NCBI GenBank assembly: GCA_951406725.2
Contig: OX597815.1
Coordinates: forward strand, 136,586,001 to 136,650,000
Direction of reading: 5' to 3'
Length of the DNA: 64,000 bases
Origin: Octopus vulgaris
Taxonomy: Eukaryota
Shown: piece after piece, positions 25,921 through 38,893 of the stretch
Layout: every line of letters starts with the position of its first letter
How positions within the stretch are numbered: the first letter of the stretch is position 1
Position numbers and translations under genes: made by a program
The notes under the pieces: generated by a model
Seen by the model: the letters and a program-made list of their open reading frames with translations, nothing else
Told to the model about the DNA's origin: nothing
Database searches by the model: none

Positions 25921-27753
25921 TATATTGAGTGAATATATATATATATATTCAAGAAACCTCCATATATATTCAAGAGACTACCAAAACCGTTCACACTTTT
26001 GATTTCATAAAGTCTATAAAAGAACACCAAGACGAATATCTGATCGTACGTTTGATATTCTTCAATATCATTATATTCAATAATTATAATCTATATCTTG
26101 GAGCTAGCATTAAAAAATCTTATTAGCGAAATATCACATGCAAAGAATTAATATTGTGTTTCATCAATATATGTCCTCTGATTCACTTTTGAGGAATCTA
26201 TTCTTAAAGCGATAAGATAAAAACATTTATAACAACCAGTGCAACTTGATTCAAGCATTAAGAAGTATAACAACATTATTGCTCGCTTGTATTAACAATG
26301 TCTTGGATTTCTGAGCAAACCCTAGAATGAGTTGTAAATTACTAGCCAATTGATTTGTGACGGTATACATCATATAATTTGTTCTGCTAATGAGTTAGGA
26401 CAAAGTATGGACAATACCACCTCTGTTTGACGTCATCTTTGAAATAGACACACTTGAACTTATTGTCCATAGAAATAATAATATATCTCTATAGCTTGAT
26501 GAAACCAAACAAAAATCGAAAGAAATAGAAATACGCCCTGACATAAATTGTACATTTATCAAATAATTAAAATGATATTGCGTAGTAGAAATTGTTTACT
26601 GGCCAATGCTTTATTTCAGAATAGACACTTATTAAATATACTTACACGAGATGACTTCACACTGAACGACTAGATTGTAGATTCTATAATTTTTATTGAT
26701 GCTACACTGTCAGTACTTTATAGCATTTTGCTGATTCATAATATAACACAGTACGCACATAAAATATAATCAATTTTTACTTAGTATTTTCTTTCAAGTC
26801 TTTAATTTTGGAATAATATTAAATCCTCGTGTCTAATATATTTTCTACTTTCTCACAATGTTATAACATGTGAACAAAGAATTTAGATAGGGAAATATTA
26901 ACCAATCTAGCTGCAAGTAATATCAACAATAAAGGTCACGCCAGTATATCTTAATCCATATATTGCCCTAACCTATATAGCAAATATGTATCTAGATTCC
27001 GATGGAAGCTTGTATATATCCCAGAAGATAGTCAACGAAACTTTAAAAACGCGTAATGAATTAATCTAAATTTTATGCATTTACTACACATCGCTTAATT
27101 ATTTGGTAACAACTGGCAAATGTTTTCGCGTGAGAAAGTGGCGCTTTACCACTAATCTACGATTTCTCGACGTAGCCTTCTCTTCTCCTGAAAGTATTGT
27201 CCTTGTGACTAAATTCGAAAGAAATATTACGTCGCGAGATGAGGTGTACACCTGTCATATTTGCGGTAAAATGTCGAACCATTAATGGGAGTGAAGTTTT
27301 CCATGAATTGCAGTCGACTGATGACTGCGAGGAGAATGTGAGTAGGGATGATAAAATCGGGTAGCTTTATATGTAAAGAGGTATATGGGTCAAGCTATAT
27401 TTTTAAGAGAGTCAAAGGGATACGTAATTGGTGGATGTATTTAAAGGTGACATAAGACGTCATATTTCAGGGTAGTGTGTATCATTTCAGGAATTCCACT
27501 GAGGGAGTAGGGGGTAAGGTGTGTTAGTGTCCATTTGAAAATCGGTCAATGAAGTATTTTCATTACAGTGTAACATACAACGATGTGCCTCTATACGTAC
27601 TTTCTATATATAAAAAAAACTGTAATATTTAAGTGTTATAGTATGTAAGTGAACAGTTATAGCTCTTACTGAGTTTGAGGTAAAGACATAGATTCTGTAA
27701 AACATTCTTCGGAATGCGGTACACACATATATGGAAATACACATACACGTACA

Positions 27754-27829
<76 letters not shown>

Positions 27830-27934
27830 ACTTGAGATAGGGGTTGTAAATGCAACCCTCCAATGGATAACATATATCCAATATACTGCTAGTGAAGTAC
27901 CCAACAAAGTTAATACATAAATGTTAATGATTGC

Positions 27935-28290
27935 GATGGCAGTGTGATAAGAGACTTGTTTCCCAACCACATGGTACCGGGTTCAGTCACACTGCATGGA
28001 ACCTTGGGCAACTGTCTTCTACTATAGTCTCGTGTCGACAAAAGCCTTGTCAGTGGATTTGTTAGATGAAAATCAAATGCTTGTCTGTGTTTGTCCCCAA
28101 GCATCGCTTGTCAACCGATGCTGGCTTGTTTACGTCCCCATAACCTAGCAGTTCAGCAAAAGAGGTCGAACAGAATAAGTACTAGGCATACAAAGTGTCC
28201 TAGTGTCACTTTCTTCGACTAAACCCCTTTCAGGCAGCATTCCAGCATGACCGGAGATGACCGAGACAAGTAGAACAGCAGAAGAAAAAA
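27935..28290 (+). mobile_element. tRNA-derived CORE-type SINE, near full length
   Basis: GGGTTCAGTC B-box, ACCTTGGGCAACTGTCTTCTACTATAG core, tail CAGGCAGCATTCCAGCATGACC, A-rich end. Confidence 0.88.
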
Positions 28291-28327
28291 ACTCATATAT
28301 GTGTGTGTATATATATATATATATGTG

Positions 28328-28369
<42 letters not shown>

Positions 28370-28540
28370 GTATATTATTTAACAGTAATTCCGTTCGGCT
28401 CTAAGTATTAAAGCTTCACAGGCTCCTCAAAGGGGCCTAGCTCATAGGCGTGGTAGAGTCGCGGTATTTTACAGTGCATGGAGCTGAATCACATTCTGAT
28501 TAAATAACACATGTATTTCCCAACCACTCACTGGTATAAA

Positions 28541-28594
<54 letters not shown>

Positions 28595-28645
28595 AATATA
28601 AATATTTCTAAGTCTCTTTGAAGGAGACTATGGTAGTGGTGCTGG

Positions 28646-29055
28646 ATATTAATAGTTATCGCCGAGCTAATATGGCAGTCCAGAAATATAGGACGAATGC
28701 TGCCGTTGATTAGCTCCAAGAGGCTATGTGACACACGAACTTGTGTCCATTATAACCTTCGAAAGGGGGCAGTCAGCCGCTTCCCCTTGCTGGACAGGCA
28801 CCTGCAGATTAGTTTCAGGATATTTGCCCCTTATCGGCTGCTCTGCATTGATAAGGGGCAAAAACCCTGAAACTAGTCTGCAGATGCCTGACCAGCACGG
28901 AGAAGCGTCTGACCTCCCCTGTTCGAAGGTTATAATGGACACAGGTTAGTGTGTCACATAGCTAGCTAGAGGCTATGGCCTCTTGGAGCTAATCAACGCA
29001 GTATTTGTTCTATATTTCTGGATTGCTATATTAGCTTGGCGACAAATATTAATAT
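28646..29055. repeat. About 410-bp imperfect palindrome (fold-back element) with HHR at the apex
   Basis: Arms are reverse complements (e.g. TGTGTCCATTATAACCTTCGAA / TTCGAAGGTTATAATGGACACA); the mirrored ORFs 28724- and 28728+ reflect this. Confidence 0.95.
28842..28884 (+). ncRNA. Minimal type-I hammerhead ribozyme, U3-A8 core variant
   Basis: TCTGCA-TTGATAA-GGGG CAAAAA CCCT-GAAA-CTAGTC-TGCAGA: 6-bp stem I, 4-bp stem II, palindromic stem III ACTAGT, GUC triplet. Confidence 0.82.
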
Positions 29056-29457
29056 ATATTTGTGGGTGTGTGTGTGTATTTATGTGTGTCTGTGTGTTTA
29101 TACTTATGTGTGTGTGTGAGTATGTGTATGTGTGTGCGTGTGTGTACGCATTTACATGCAAATATTGAACAGTGTGACTGAATGATCCACACTGTATTGG
29201 GGATCAAATATTTTTTTATTTGAGAACTAACAAGGCTGTCATCTAGTCTAATACAAGTGAGATAGGAATTAAGAGCTGTTTCCCCTGATCTATATATTTA
29301 TTTTGCTTATCGAAATTTCCGCAAAGTATCATGTAGCTACGTTGTACCATCCATCATTCAAGATGGTGAGACTTACAAACGTCCCAAAGTGGCAAGGCTT
29401 GATAATTGCTAAGGATTCACGACATGAAACTAATGATTGTCACCTTAACCAGCAAAT

Positions 29458-29504
<47 letters not shown>

Positions 29505-31085
29505 TAAAGTATTATATGAACGTTCATATATGTATACACATGAATAATTGTGTACGTGTGTATGCATGTAAGTATATATATTATATATTATATAATATGT
29601 AACGTGATATTGTATACGTATAACTATTCCTTGGAATATGAAACTCAGAGAAGCATATTTTCTTAGCACGTACTTATTATTCTTATGGAGAAAAGTATCG
29701 CAAACCTTGGTGAGGTCCGAAGCTAACTCTTTATTACTATACCTAAGACGTGTAAATGATATTCTCAGGATTTGTCACTTAGTCGGATTTACCTTTTCTA
29801 CTGTCGCCAGCTTCACTGAAGTAAATAGCTAGGTACATCATTTATTTATAGTTATTATAACTACCATTAAAATCTAATTAATTTTGTATAGCTTAATCAA
29901 TAATTACGAACAAGATATATTATCCCAAGCTTTAAAATCCAAGTTCCAATTAAAAGATATCAAATTTTATAGAACCCTTTAGTAAGCAGTAGCTGGACTG
30001 AACAACAGATTTTAAATTATTTATTCATCTATCTATTTATTCATTTATTTATTTTAAATTATATGCTGAGTTTTCTTCTTCTGCTAAGTATGGCCTATGG
30101 AGGATACTGTGAGAACTATCAGATTGAACAGGCTTTGATATGTAATACTATTAATCAGAGCTAATTAAGTAATTTATCATAACGGTCCTGATTTATGCTA
30201 ATCATGTCCATACATGAACTTAATGATTTCTCTAGCATATAATATCTGCGAAGGTTTCTCCTTGGTAATGTGGAGAGGGAGAATATTAAAATATTGAGAA
30301 CCTATTTTGTAGGTGAAATCCTACTCTCCTGTGTAGCAAACATAGGAATCGGAAGAAATTTAGGAAACAAATAACCGGCGGGGCCGGAAATATCACCTCG
30401 GACATGCTAGAAAGAAGAGATAAAGGACAGGATTTCTGAGAAAACTTCCTTTTAAGCTTATCAGGTTTTCAAATACGCTCATCACAAACACGAAATGATA
30501 ATATTATGCAATAATTCGATTCCATCCGTGAAACCTTCAGATTGAACCATAATTTCAATATATAAATAATGATATTCTGCTATTTTGAAGTGCTTTGTAG
30601 CATAATAAGAATAAAAAGAATATATTACTAATTCAAATATGAAAGTAGGTTGATTTCAATCAGTCAATTAGAACTTTATATAGTGTCACCAAGATGAGAG
30701 CAGATTATGGGTGTGCCGGCTGTAAAATCAGAGATATAAGTGAAGCGTGGGTGTCGATTATGGAAAAAGTAAATGGAGTGTAAATATAATGAAAAGACTG
30801 AAAACACAGAATCGAATATTAGCGTTGGGCCTTTATTATCTACAAAAAGTGGCGACAACGATCCAATACAGACACCATCTATGCTTGAAGTATGCAGTAG
30901 AGGCCATTAGCCAAAGAGACTATACATTCAATTATATTGTGTAGTGTGTGCTGCCTTGTATGTCATATATATATATACTGATAAGATAAGCATTAAATTT
31001 ATGTTCTCCATTTCAACAATATAGAAATATTTTCAATTTAATTACTGCAGCTTTATAAACGAATAAATTGTAGCAAAACGAGTAA

Positions 31086-32370
31086 TACGAGATGCAAGAA
31101 ATAAAGTATCCAACCGCCGGACGTTAAAAAACGAAAACCATTTGTACATTTCACAAATTTTATACAGTCGCCTTCAAAATATTTCCCTTGGAAGATCACA
31201 AAGTTCTAACGTTTCTACCACTGCTAGAAACACTTCTGTGACGCTTTCTCTGAAGTGCTATAGCGCTCCGCCGTCGATTTTCTCATAATTTTCTCTCACG
31301 ATTCCAATCGCTTCACTTTCAGCTTGGTTTTTCAGTTTGCAGAAAAACCAGAAGTCACACGGTGCCTACACTGGAGTGTAGGGCGCCTGTTGAACAAATA
31401 GTGTGTTGCTCTTGATCAGGGAAGCTCGGATTATGTGGGTGAAATTAGCAGCCGCATTGTCGTGGCGAAGTTGCCAATATGTCTCCCACCACATGCCCGA
31501 TGCATTCGATGCACAGCATCACGATGGCAACGTATAACCCCCGGGCAGTATTCCTTATTGATTGTTTGCCCTTGCGCTGCGTATTCATGATGCACGGCAG
31601 TCAAAGAAACGTGCCAACATTACCTTCACATTGCTGCGAACCTATTGTGCTTTTTGGGGCCTTGGTGATGACGGATGCTTTCATTACGAAAACTGGAATC
31701 TGGTTTCAGGGTCATAACCATAAACATGTCTCGTCACCTGCGATGATGGTCTTCATGATGTCTAGATCGTACTTTTGCACAGTCCAGCATGTCCTAAGCG
31801 TAGTTATTTCTGCTACTCCGCCAGCACCTTGGAGGTAAATTTCGCCGACACACTCTGCTTGCACAAACCTTCTGCTAAAATGGAATGCACTGATGTTGTG
31901 TTTATTCTCACTTCGAGAGTACTTTCCTATGTTCCTATGTTCTTATGTGACGGCTTTCCATGACTATTCACCGAACTTTTTGAATCGGCTTGTCTGCGCT
32001 CTCTAATGAAGTGCGGCCATGTTTGAAGCTGTTGTGACACTCGTCCTGAGTTTTTGGCATTATCGACAAGGCTCGGCTGAGTCTTCTGAATGACTTGAGA
32101 TTGAGTATCAACAGCCTTTTGGCAAAACTAGACGCAATATCTCTTCTCGATGCATTCATCTATCGTACCTGAAAACGAAAATCCGACGAGCTCGCACTAC
32201 ATGCCTATACTCCAGGCGTAACATACAAGCACTGGTACGGCGAACCGATACGCAAATGTCACACATGCGCAGGAAGGGTGACATCACCTTCCGCATAAAG
32301 GAATTTGCTCATGCAGCATCAGTTTTGGCGGGAAAAATTAAAATCTGCTGCATTTTGAAATCTTCCGTAT
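31086..32370 (-). mobile_element. mariner transposon relic, about full length
   Basis: Minus-strand TIIAGDETC (cf. TGDETW) and PYTPV*APCDFWFF (cf. PYSPDLAPCDF); about 1.3 kb, TIRs degenerate. Confidence 0.85.
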
Positions 32371-33340
32371 ATCAAATTAATACATAAGGAATTTGGAAAA
32401 CTTAGAAAAAATTTAGTAGAGAAATACATTAACACTTTGAAATAGTTATAATTTAAATACCTAGAACAAAACTGTAATAACCGTTAATATAGAACTACAG
32501 ATTGCGACACAAATATAGTGAAATGCAGATGCCGATAAATTTGACTGGTTCAGGCGCACTCTGACATACATGAAATTTAGATATTAGTAATCCTAATAGT
32601 AGTTCTAATAGACATTCAATTCCTAGACATATTATGCTACTTTAATTTAATTACAGGAATCATTGATTTAAATTAAAATTCTGACGAACTGGTTATTTTC
32701 AATTTATGAATGAAAATAGCGATAGTTTATACGTAGAAAAATAATGAATAGTCATACTAAAACGTATTTAGATTAATTATGAAGTTGCTACACTCCGAAT
32801 CAGAAGGAAATTCGTATATTCAATATAAATTATAAATTGATTTATAACTTAATTAATTCAATAATTAAATGATTTAATAAAGGAATTTATCATCATGTAT
32901 TAATTAGAAAGAGTGATGTGTTACAAAGAGGCTTATTATCAAAACTAGAGAAAATAATACAAATATGAAAAGGATATTTTTTGCAAATATAAAAATATTC
33001 TACTCATTTTATTTTATTTTCGCAACCAGTTCGATATTGATCAAACAATAAAATAGTGTATGCTCAGTTTCTTTAAATTAAATATTATTTCTATTGTTTG
33101 TAGTAGGCTCTCTACAATAGAAAATAATTTTTTTAAATTATGTTACTTACACGCAAGAATTTATTTCTAGAATAGGTTTAACGTGTAGAAGAGTTCTGCG
33201 AATCGTATTTGCAGCTTTTTTAATTCTCAGTTCATCAAATTTATTAATAATAAAATTTGCACACTCTTAAATTTCCAATATATATATACATGTATATATA
33301 CAATTTATATATACAAACTAATATATATACATAGAGAGAC

Positions 33341-33433
33341 TTTCACATGACAGATCATCAGACAGTCATAATATTTTTAATACGCATTATCGCGGCTGTC
33401 TGACGAACGGTCACGTGAAACCGAGTAAAAGTT
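33341..33433. ncRNA. Inverted pair of canonical-core hammerhead relics
   Basis: Plus strand GGCTGT-CTGACGA-ACG GTCA CGT-GAAA-CCGAGTA-AAAGTT (33394-33433); minus strand GACTGT-CTGATGA-TCTGTCATGT-GAAA (33341-33367). Confidence 0.6.
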
Positions 33434-33451
33434 TGTGCTGTTTGCGCGCGC

Positions 33452-33482
<31 letters not shown>

Positions 33483-33568
33483 CGTGCGTGTGTATAGGTG
33501 CGTGTGTATGCATGCGTGCGTGTGTGTGTATGTATTTATATGTATATGTTTATATATGTATGTATGTG

Positions 33569-33599
<31 letters not shown>

Positions 33600-36469
33600 A
33601 TCAATGTTACTTCCATAAGATTCCTCTTCTGGGCATTACCTATCTAAGAAATAAATTTCACCATGCTTACGATTTTAACCTATTTTAGATGTAGTTGCCA
33701 CAAACATTAATACTGGCAAATTGAAAAGAGACCAAAGCACTTCACGTCCTCCTCAAAGTTACCACAACAAGTTTGCACTTGAGTTAGATATGTTCCACAC
33801 GCAATTTTGGGCTCGTTGGTTGTGCAAACCAGAAAATATAATGTGAAATAATGGTACTGGTATGGCTGCAGAATATGAATAACATATTCTGTAAAGTATG
33901 CGAGAAAGAAGAATCAATTTTTGAAGAAGGAACAGCCTACTCAATTGAAGACAGCATTTCTATTACTTTAGTGGTAATTATTTTAGTGACAACAAAATAT
34001 GAAGGTAACTTCAACATTGCGGGGATTTCTATTCTGAAAATAAAAGTGCATAAATAAAAATTGCAAGGTATTTTGTCCGATGCTGTACCGTTTTCGCAAT
34101 CCAATTCAGCAGACTTCACTAGGTTTAGTGAACTAATTTGCCTACTTAATTAAATTCAGTAAGTTATTGACAAGTATTTTATTGAACTTTCCGGGATTTG
34201 CGAAGTGATCAGTACTGTAATGACATGACCCAAATACAGGGCATAACAAAAGACAATATCTCAGTTAGTGGTTGGTTTGTTGAGGTGGATCTCATTAAAA
34301 GGCTATTTGTTATAATGTTTGTCAGGTTTCATCACAAAAGATATATGGCGTAAAGTTTGGTTTACTATATTAAAACTTTCCTCTCTGTGTTTGCATTAAA
34401 AAGAGTTGACCTACTATGAATACATAGTAAAATAGTTTCTAGTTATTTTGGAAGTAGAATATGGGCTATTATCTCCATTATTTTGTAGTTTGTAGAACAC
34501 ATGTGTGCGATTTAATGTATTGATACGTGATGAGCTGCAATACGTGTAATGGAGAGATAATTTCTACAAAACTGATGAATGGCACATACCCACTTGAAGT
34601 AACGCGGCCATCTGTAAAGATTGTATTATTTTCCTGTATACGCAATCTCTTCAAAAGTGCATCACTTATAAAAATTATCAAAGCTGCTGTGGTGTGAAAC
34701 AATGACGCCTCACTGCTGTGTAACCAACAAGTAATTTCTCTCTGTTATAATGTGACGGCATTTAATTGAACAATGAATAATTTTAAGGTGCTAACAGTGG
34801 TGTTAATCTGGACGATTGATTAAGTCTTACCACCTACGTAGGCCTTGGCGGGATTTGATCTCACAACACAAGTAGCCGGAAAAGTATCATGAGGTATCTT
34901 TTCTGGCACTTTTACACTTTCTCCAATGCATCGTCTTTGATTAGTAGTTTCTTTTATCGATTCCAAAAGAATAGAGGGAAAAACTGACCTCAGCAACCCC
35001 AGTGAAATAATTTAATTCGGTTTCAGAAATATAACAATCAATAAGAAATATAACTTCTGAAGTATAACACACAATGGCGATCCTAGAGTGGAAGAAAATT
35101 AATAATATAATGCGCTTTCTCTTGCGTTATAGATTTTCCCAATTTTCTGGCACTTTTTGCAATAATATTGCTTCTTATGTTGGCATAAGCCCTCATACTG
35201 AAAGAAAGTAAGCAGTCGATTAAATCTTCAAATGTGTCTACTCTATCAACTACGAGAAAGGAACAAACGGGTAAGTTTCTGCTTCATTGCACCATCTGCT
35301 GAAAACAGTCGCCAAATGTTTATCAATCTGCACCCTCCCATCTTATGAAGGAACACATTGTATTTTTTCTGTGTGTCTTGTGCAGGGTAAAACCTGCATG
35401 ATCATGGCTGGATTGTCTTTGATAAGGTATTTTCGATCAGGGTTCCAGTGGCGTTATTCAACAAACACAGCAATCAGGAATATTGAAAAACATCTGTTGA
35501 TATCAGAGCGAATGGAACTCGCAAAGAAAACTAACGTTAGATATACGCAGAAAATATAGGATGTTTTAATCTTGAATTTGATTCACTAACACGTCTGTTC
35601 TTCTAGAAAGGAAGAATGCTACTTAAAATATTGTAATTTTCTATGGTAGTATTTATAGTAATGATATCGCTTGATGCCCTATTGATCGAGTGAGGTCATT
35701 TTTGAAGCTATAGTATTCGCACAAGTGAGTGCTTTATGGAGTCGTATCCAATCAATATTTCCAAATGTGATGATCGTAGACGCTGAGATAGAGTTAATTT
35801 CCGGGTAAGCTAGCTTACGTTTTATTCTTTTATTTATTTATTCAATAGTCTTTTACGCAGTTACCCTTTACAATGATATATTACTATATAATTTGCTTCT
35901 ATTTTAATATTTATATCTACACCACCTCTTGACTATACTGATATCTGATTATTTTGTTTTCTTGTATATGCACTTAATACTGGACTAAATTCGGAAATTT
36001 TTTCTCTAGCCTAAGGAAATAATGCTCATATCTACTGGAGGTACTATATTTATGATATATATTAAGATTATGTTAATATCTTGTTTGCTAATGACAACTG
36101 ATGCCAGCTCTTGGCTGAACTGGTCGAGATCGTGAACGTCCTTATACACAAATCAGTTTGAACTTGATGCTCCCTCTTTCTGATACCATTTGCTTGTACA
36201 TCGCACCGCGTGTTTCGTTATGAAGAACAGTGTTCATGACATCCTGTTCATATACTTTAGAATATCATTAGTATCATTCATGCATACAAAAAGCACTCTT
36301 GATCTTGTTGCTGCATTCTCTGTCACATTATACCCACTAGGTCATTATCGAATCTAAGCAACAATCCCAATATGGGAGAGACATATATGAATGTCACGTT
36401 GGTGATTGTAATTATATAAAAGTTACACTGGTGGCTATAATTATGGTTTTGATAAATTATTGATATCAA

Positions 36470-36675
36470 TTTTTTGCATAAGGTCAGCGATTTCAGAGGA
36501 GGCAGTAAATCAATTACGTAGAGTTCAGTACTCAACTGGTACTTATTCTATTCACTCCGAAAGAATGGAAGATAAAGTCGACCTCGGCGGAATTTTAACT
36601 CAGAATGTGAAAGCAGACGGAATACCGTTAAGTATTTCGACTGGCGTGCTAACGATTCTGCCAGATCGTGTCTTA
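36470..36675 (-). mobile_element. tRNA-derived SINE (same family as 8775)
   Basis: AAAGTCGACCTCGGCGGAATTTTAACTCAGAA...GCTAACGATTCTGCCAG on the plus strand is the reverse complement of the SINE head and central domain. Confidence 0.85.
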
Positions 36676-37319
36676 GTTTCGATAAACGATTAGAAACAGT
36701 TAACCATCCTCAAAATATGCCTCTCTATATATTGCACAACTTCTACTTTCATATATTTCTCAACAGATGGTAACTGCGTTTACTCTTCCCTAACATCATA
36801 TATACATATGCCAACTGGAAGTCAATTAGTAACCTTAGGCCATATCACTTTCATTTGTACAATTCTTGAACATACATAAATGAAAAGAGAAGAACCAGAC
36901 TTATACTTCTTGACAATACAGATACAGAAATGCTTTAATTTTTATAAATCAGTCACGAACCAAAACAAAGCAAACTTTAAATATGGAAAGTATAATAATG
37001 CTTGATGATCTGACAAGGTGGTGTTAAAGTTCATAAAGTTTCATCCTAAATGGTAGGCATGCTCTTTGGAATCAATGATTGCATATACACATTTATAAAT
37101 GTATTATATTTCTATAAACAAGTATATTGAGTTAGAAGCCCTTCACCGCTTCTATATAATTATACATATGTGTGTATGTGTGTTTTGCGTATGTGTGTGT
37201 GTGTGTATGTGTGTTGCGTGTGTGTGTGTGTATGTGTGTGTGTGTGAATGAATATATATATATATATACATACACACATACATCAATGCATACATACATA
37301 TCCACTCATAACAGAAAGT

Positions 37320-37705
37320 TGTACTGGTGAATGTCCCAGTGAAAATCTCAATAAAATGTAAACGTAATAGAGCTGCCAGTGTAATTTAGGACTGAGAAGA
37401 GAAACTGCGTACATTTGTGGAAACGCTGTCCAGTGGATGCTAACATAAAACTAAAGATCTGCGAAAAAGAAAACACTTAAACTGAACAATTGAAGAATTT
37501 TGACTTACTCCAGGCGAATTACAAGTTCAGGTTTACATCTGTATTTATTGGGGCACTGAGATGTGTAATACACTACCTAAATACCAATCTTGAGGAATTA
37601 GGCTTCTCAAAACAAACCAGAAAGGATAAAACTAATTCGAAGATTACAGATTCAAACCATCACGGGAACTGAAAAAATCTGAAGAAATTTCCTGAAGTTT
37701 ATCAT
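37320..37705 (+). mobile_element. 3' end of an RLE-type non-LTR retrotransposon
   Basis: W*NVPVKISIKCKRNR...CPVDANIKLKICEKE...YKFRFTSVFIGAL...LEELGF...LIRRLQIQTITGT: restriction-like endonuclease domain pattern, followed by microsatellite. Confidence 0.75.
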
Positions 37706-37806
37706 TTAAGCATATATGAATATATCTACCATGCACACATCCATCCATCCATCCATCCATCCATCCATCCCATCCACACATACATACATACATACACATA
37801 CATACA

Positions 37807-37878
<72 letters not shown>

Positions 37879-38020
37879 CAAATACATACATACAAAAATA
37901 TCCTGTTGATTTTGGAATTCCAATGAATGAGTCTTGGATCTTGGTTGGAAATCGGCTCTCTATTGGCAATAAATCTTCACCTAAAACTGAATAATGACAT
38001 ACATACATACATATACATAC

Positions 38021-38278
38021 ATTTTTGTTCAATGTTGAAAAGATTTTTACTGTTCATGAGAAGCATATTTTTAGTAGTAAATTGCTGCTCATGTGCCGGA
38101 GACGGTTTCGGGTCTCCACATAGCCAATTCTCGCATCGCATCAAAAAATAGCACCATAAGGTTCAATGGCAAAGTTTCGCTTAACACCTTATAAACCAGC
38201 CGCCCGACCTTCTTTCTTTAATTTCTGAATTTCTGACTTTTTCTACTGCTTCTGCGTCAATACTTTTGTAATAGCACA
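38021..38278 (-). pseudogene. Candidate exon of a Cys/Trp-rich secreted peptide precursor with two in-frame stops
   Basis: Good acceptor TTTATTTATTCTGCAG, then phase-1 reading CYYKSIDAEAVEKVRNSEIKERR-SGGWFIRC*AKLCH*TLWCYFLMRCENWLCGDPKPSP. No first exon found and no homologue recognised. Confidence 0.25.
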
Positions 38279-38893
38279 CTGCAGAATAAATAAAGCAAAT
38301 ATTACTACAAGTATGAAAATGATATGATGTTTATCAGGAAGTTATAACTGAATAAATATTTTCCCTGTACATATAATTGAATTATTATTAATAATGTTAT
38401 AAATGAACATACGTATTTGTGCTCATAGAGACTGTAAAATGGTATTTTCCTTTGGGGTATATTCGGGAATAATATTTGTGCGAGTAGAGGAACCCTATGG
38501 AATGATACCTCTCAATGTAAGATCTGAAATTGAACGAAATCTCTTAATAGCTCCAGGTAAGTAACAGAGAGCATGAATATACAAAGTAACATCATAGACG
38601 ACCAAAAAGCATAATCTTGAATGCGACGGAAAACAAATGTAAGCATAAAGCTTTAAATATAAGGAAGAGAGAGAGAGAGTGAGACACAGAAAGAGTGTGT
38701 GTAAAATAGATATACGAACTTGTTTATAGTAAATAGGTTATTAAATCGCATACACTTATATATAGAAATAGACTAGCCTACGTTTCAAGAAACAGACACA
38801 TACATACATGCACACGTGCATGCAAGCATGCAGATATACATGCTCACTCATATAGTCATGCAATAAGCGTTGCGTAAAACCCCGGGAGAGCTA

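Noticed and set aside
27935-28010. tRNA genes at SINE heads
   Set aside because: Degenerate A/B boxes without a cloverleaf, continuous with SINE bodies.
28724-28949. Two near-identical ORFs on opposite strands
   Set aside because: Automatic consequence of the palindrome; no sign of protein coding.
34478-34702. TIFTDG as an RNase H motif
   Set aside because: Single short motif with no supporting downstream residues.
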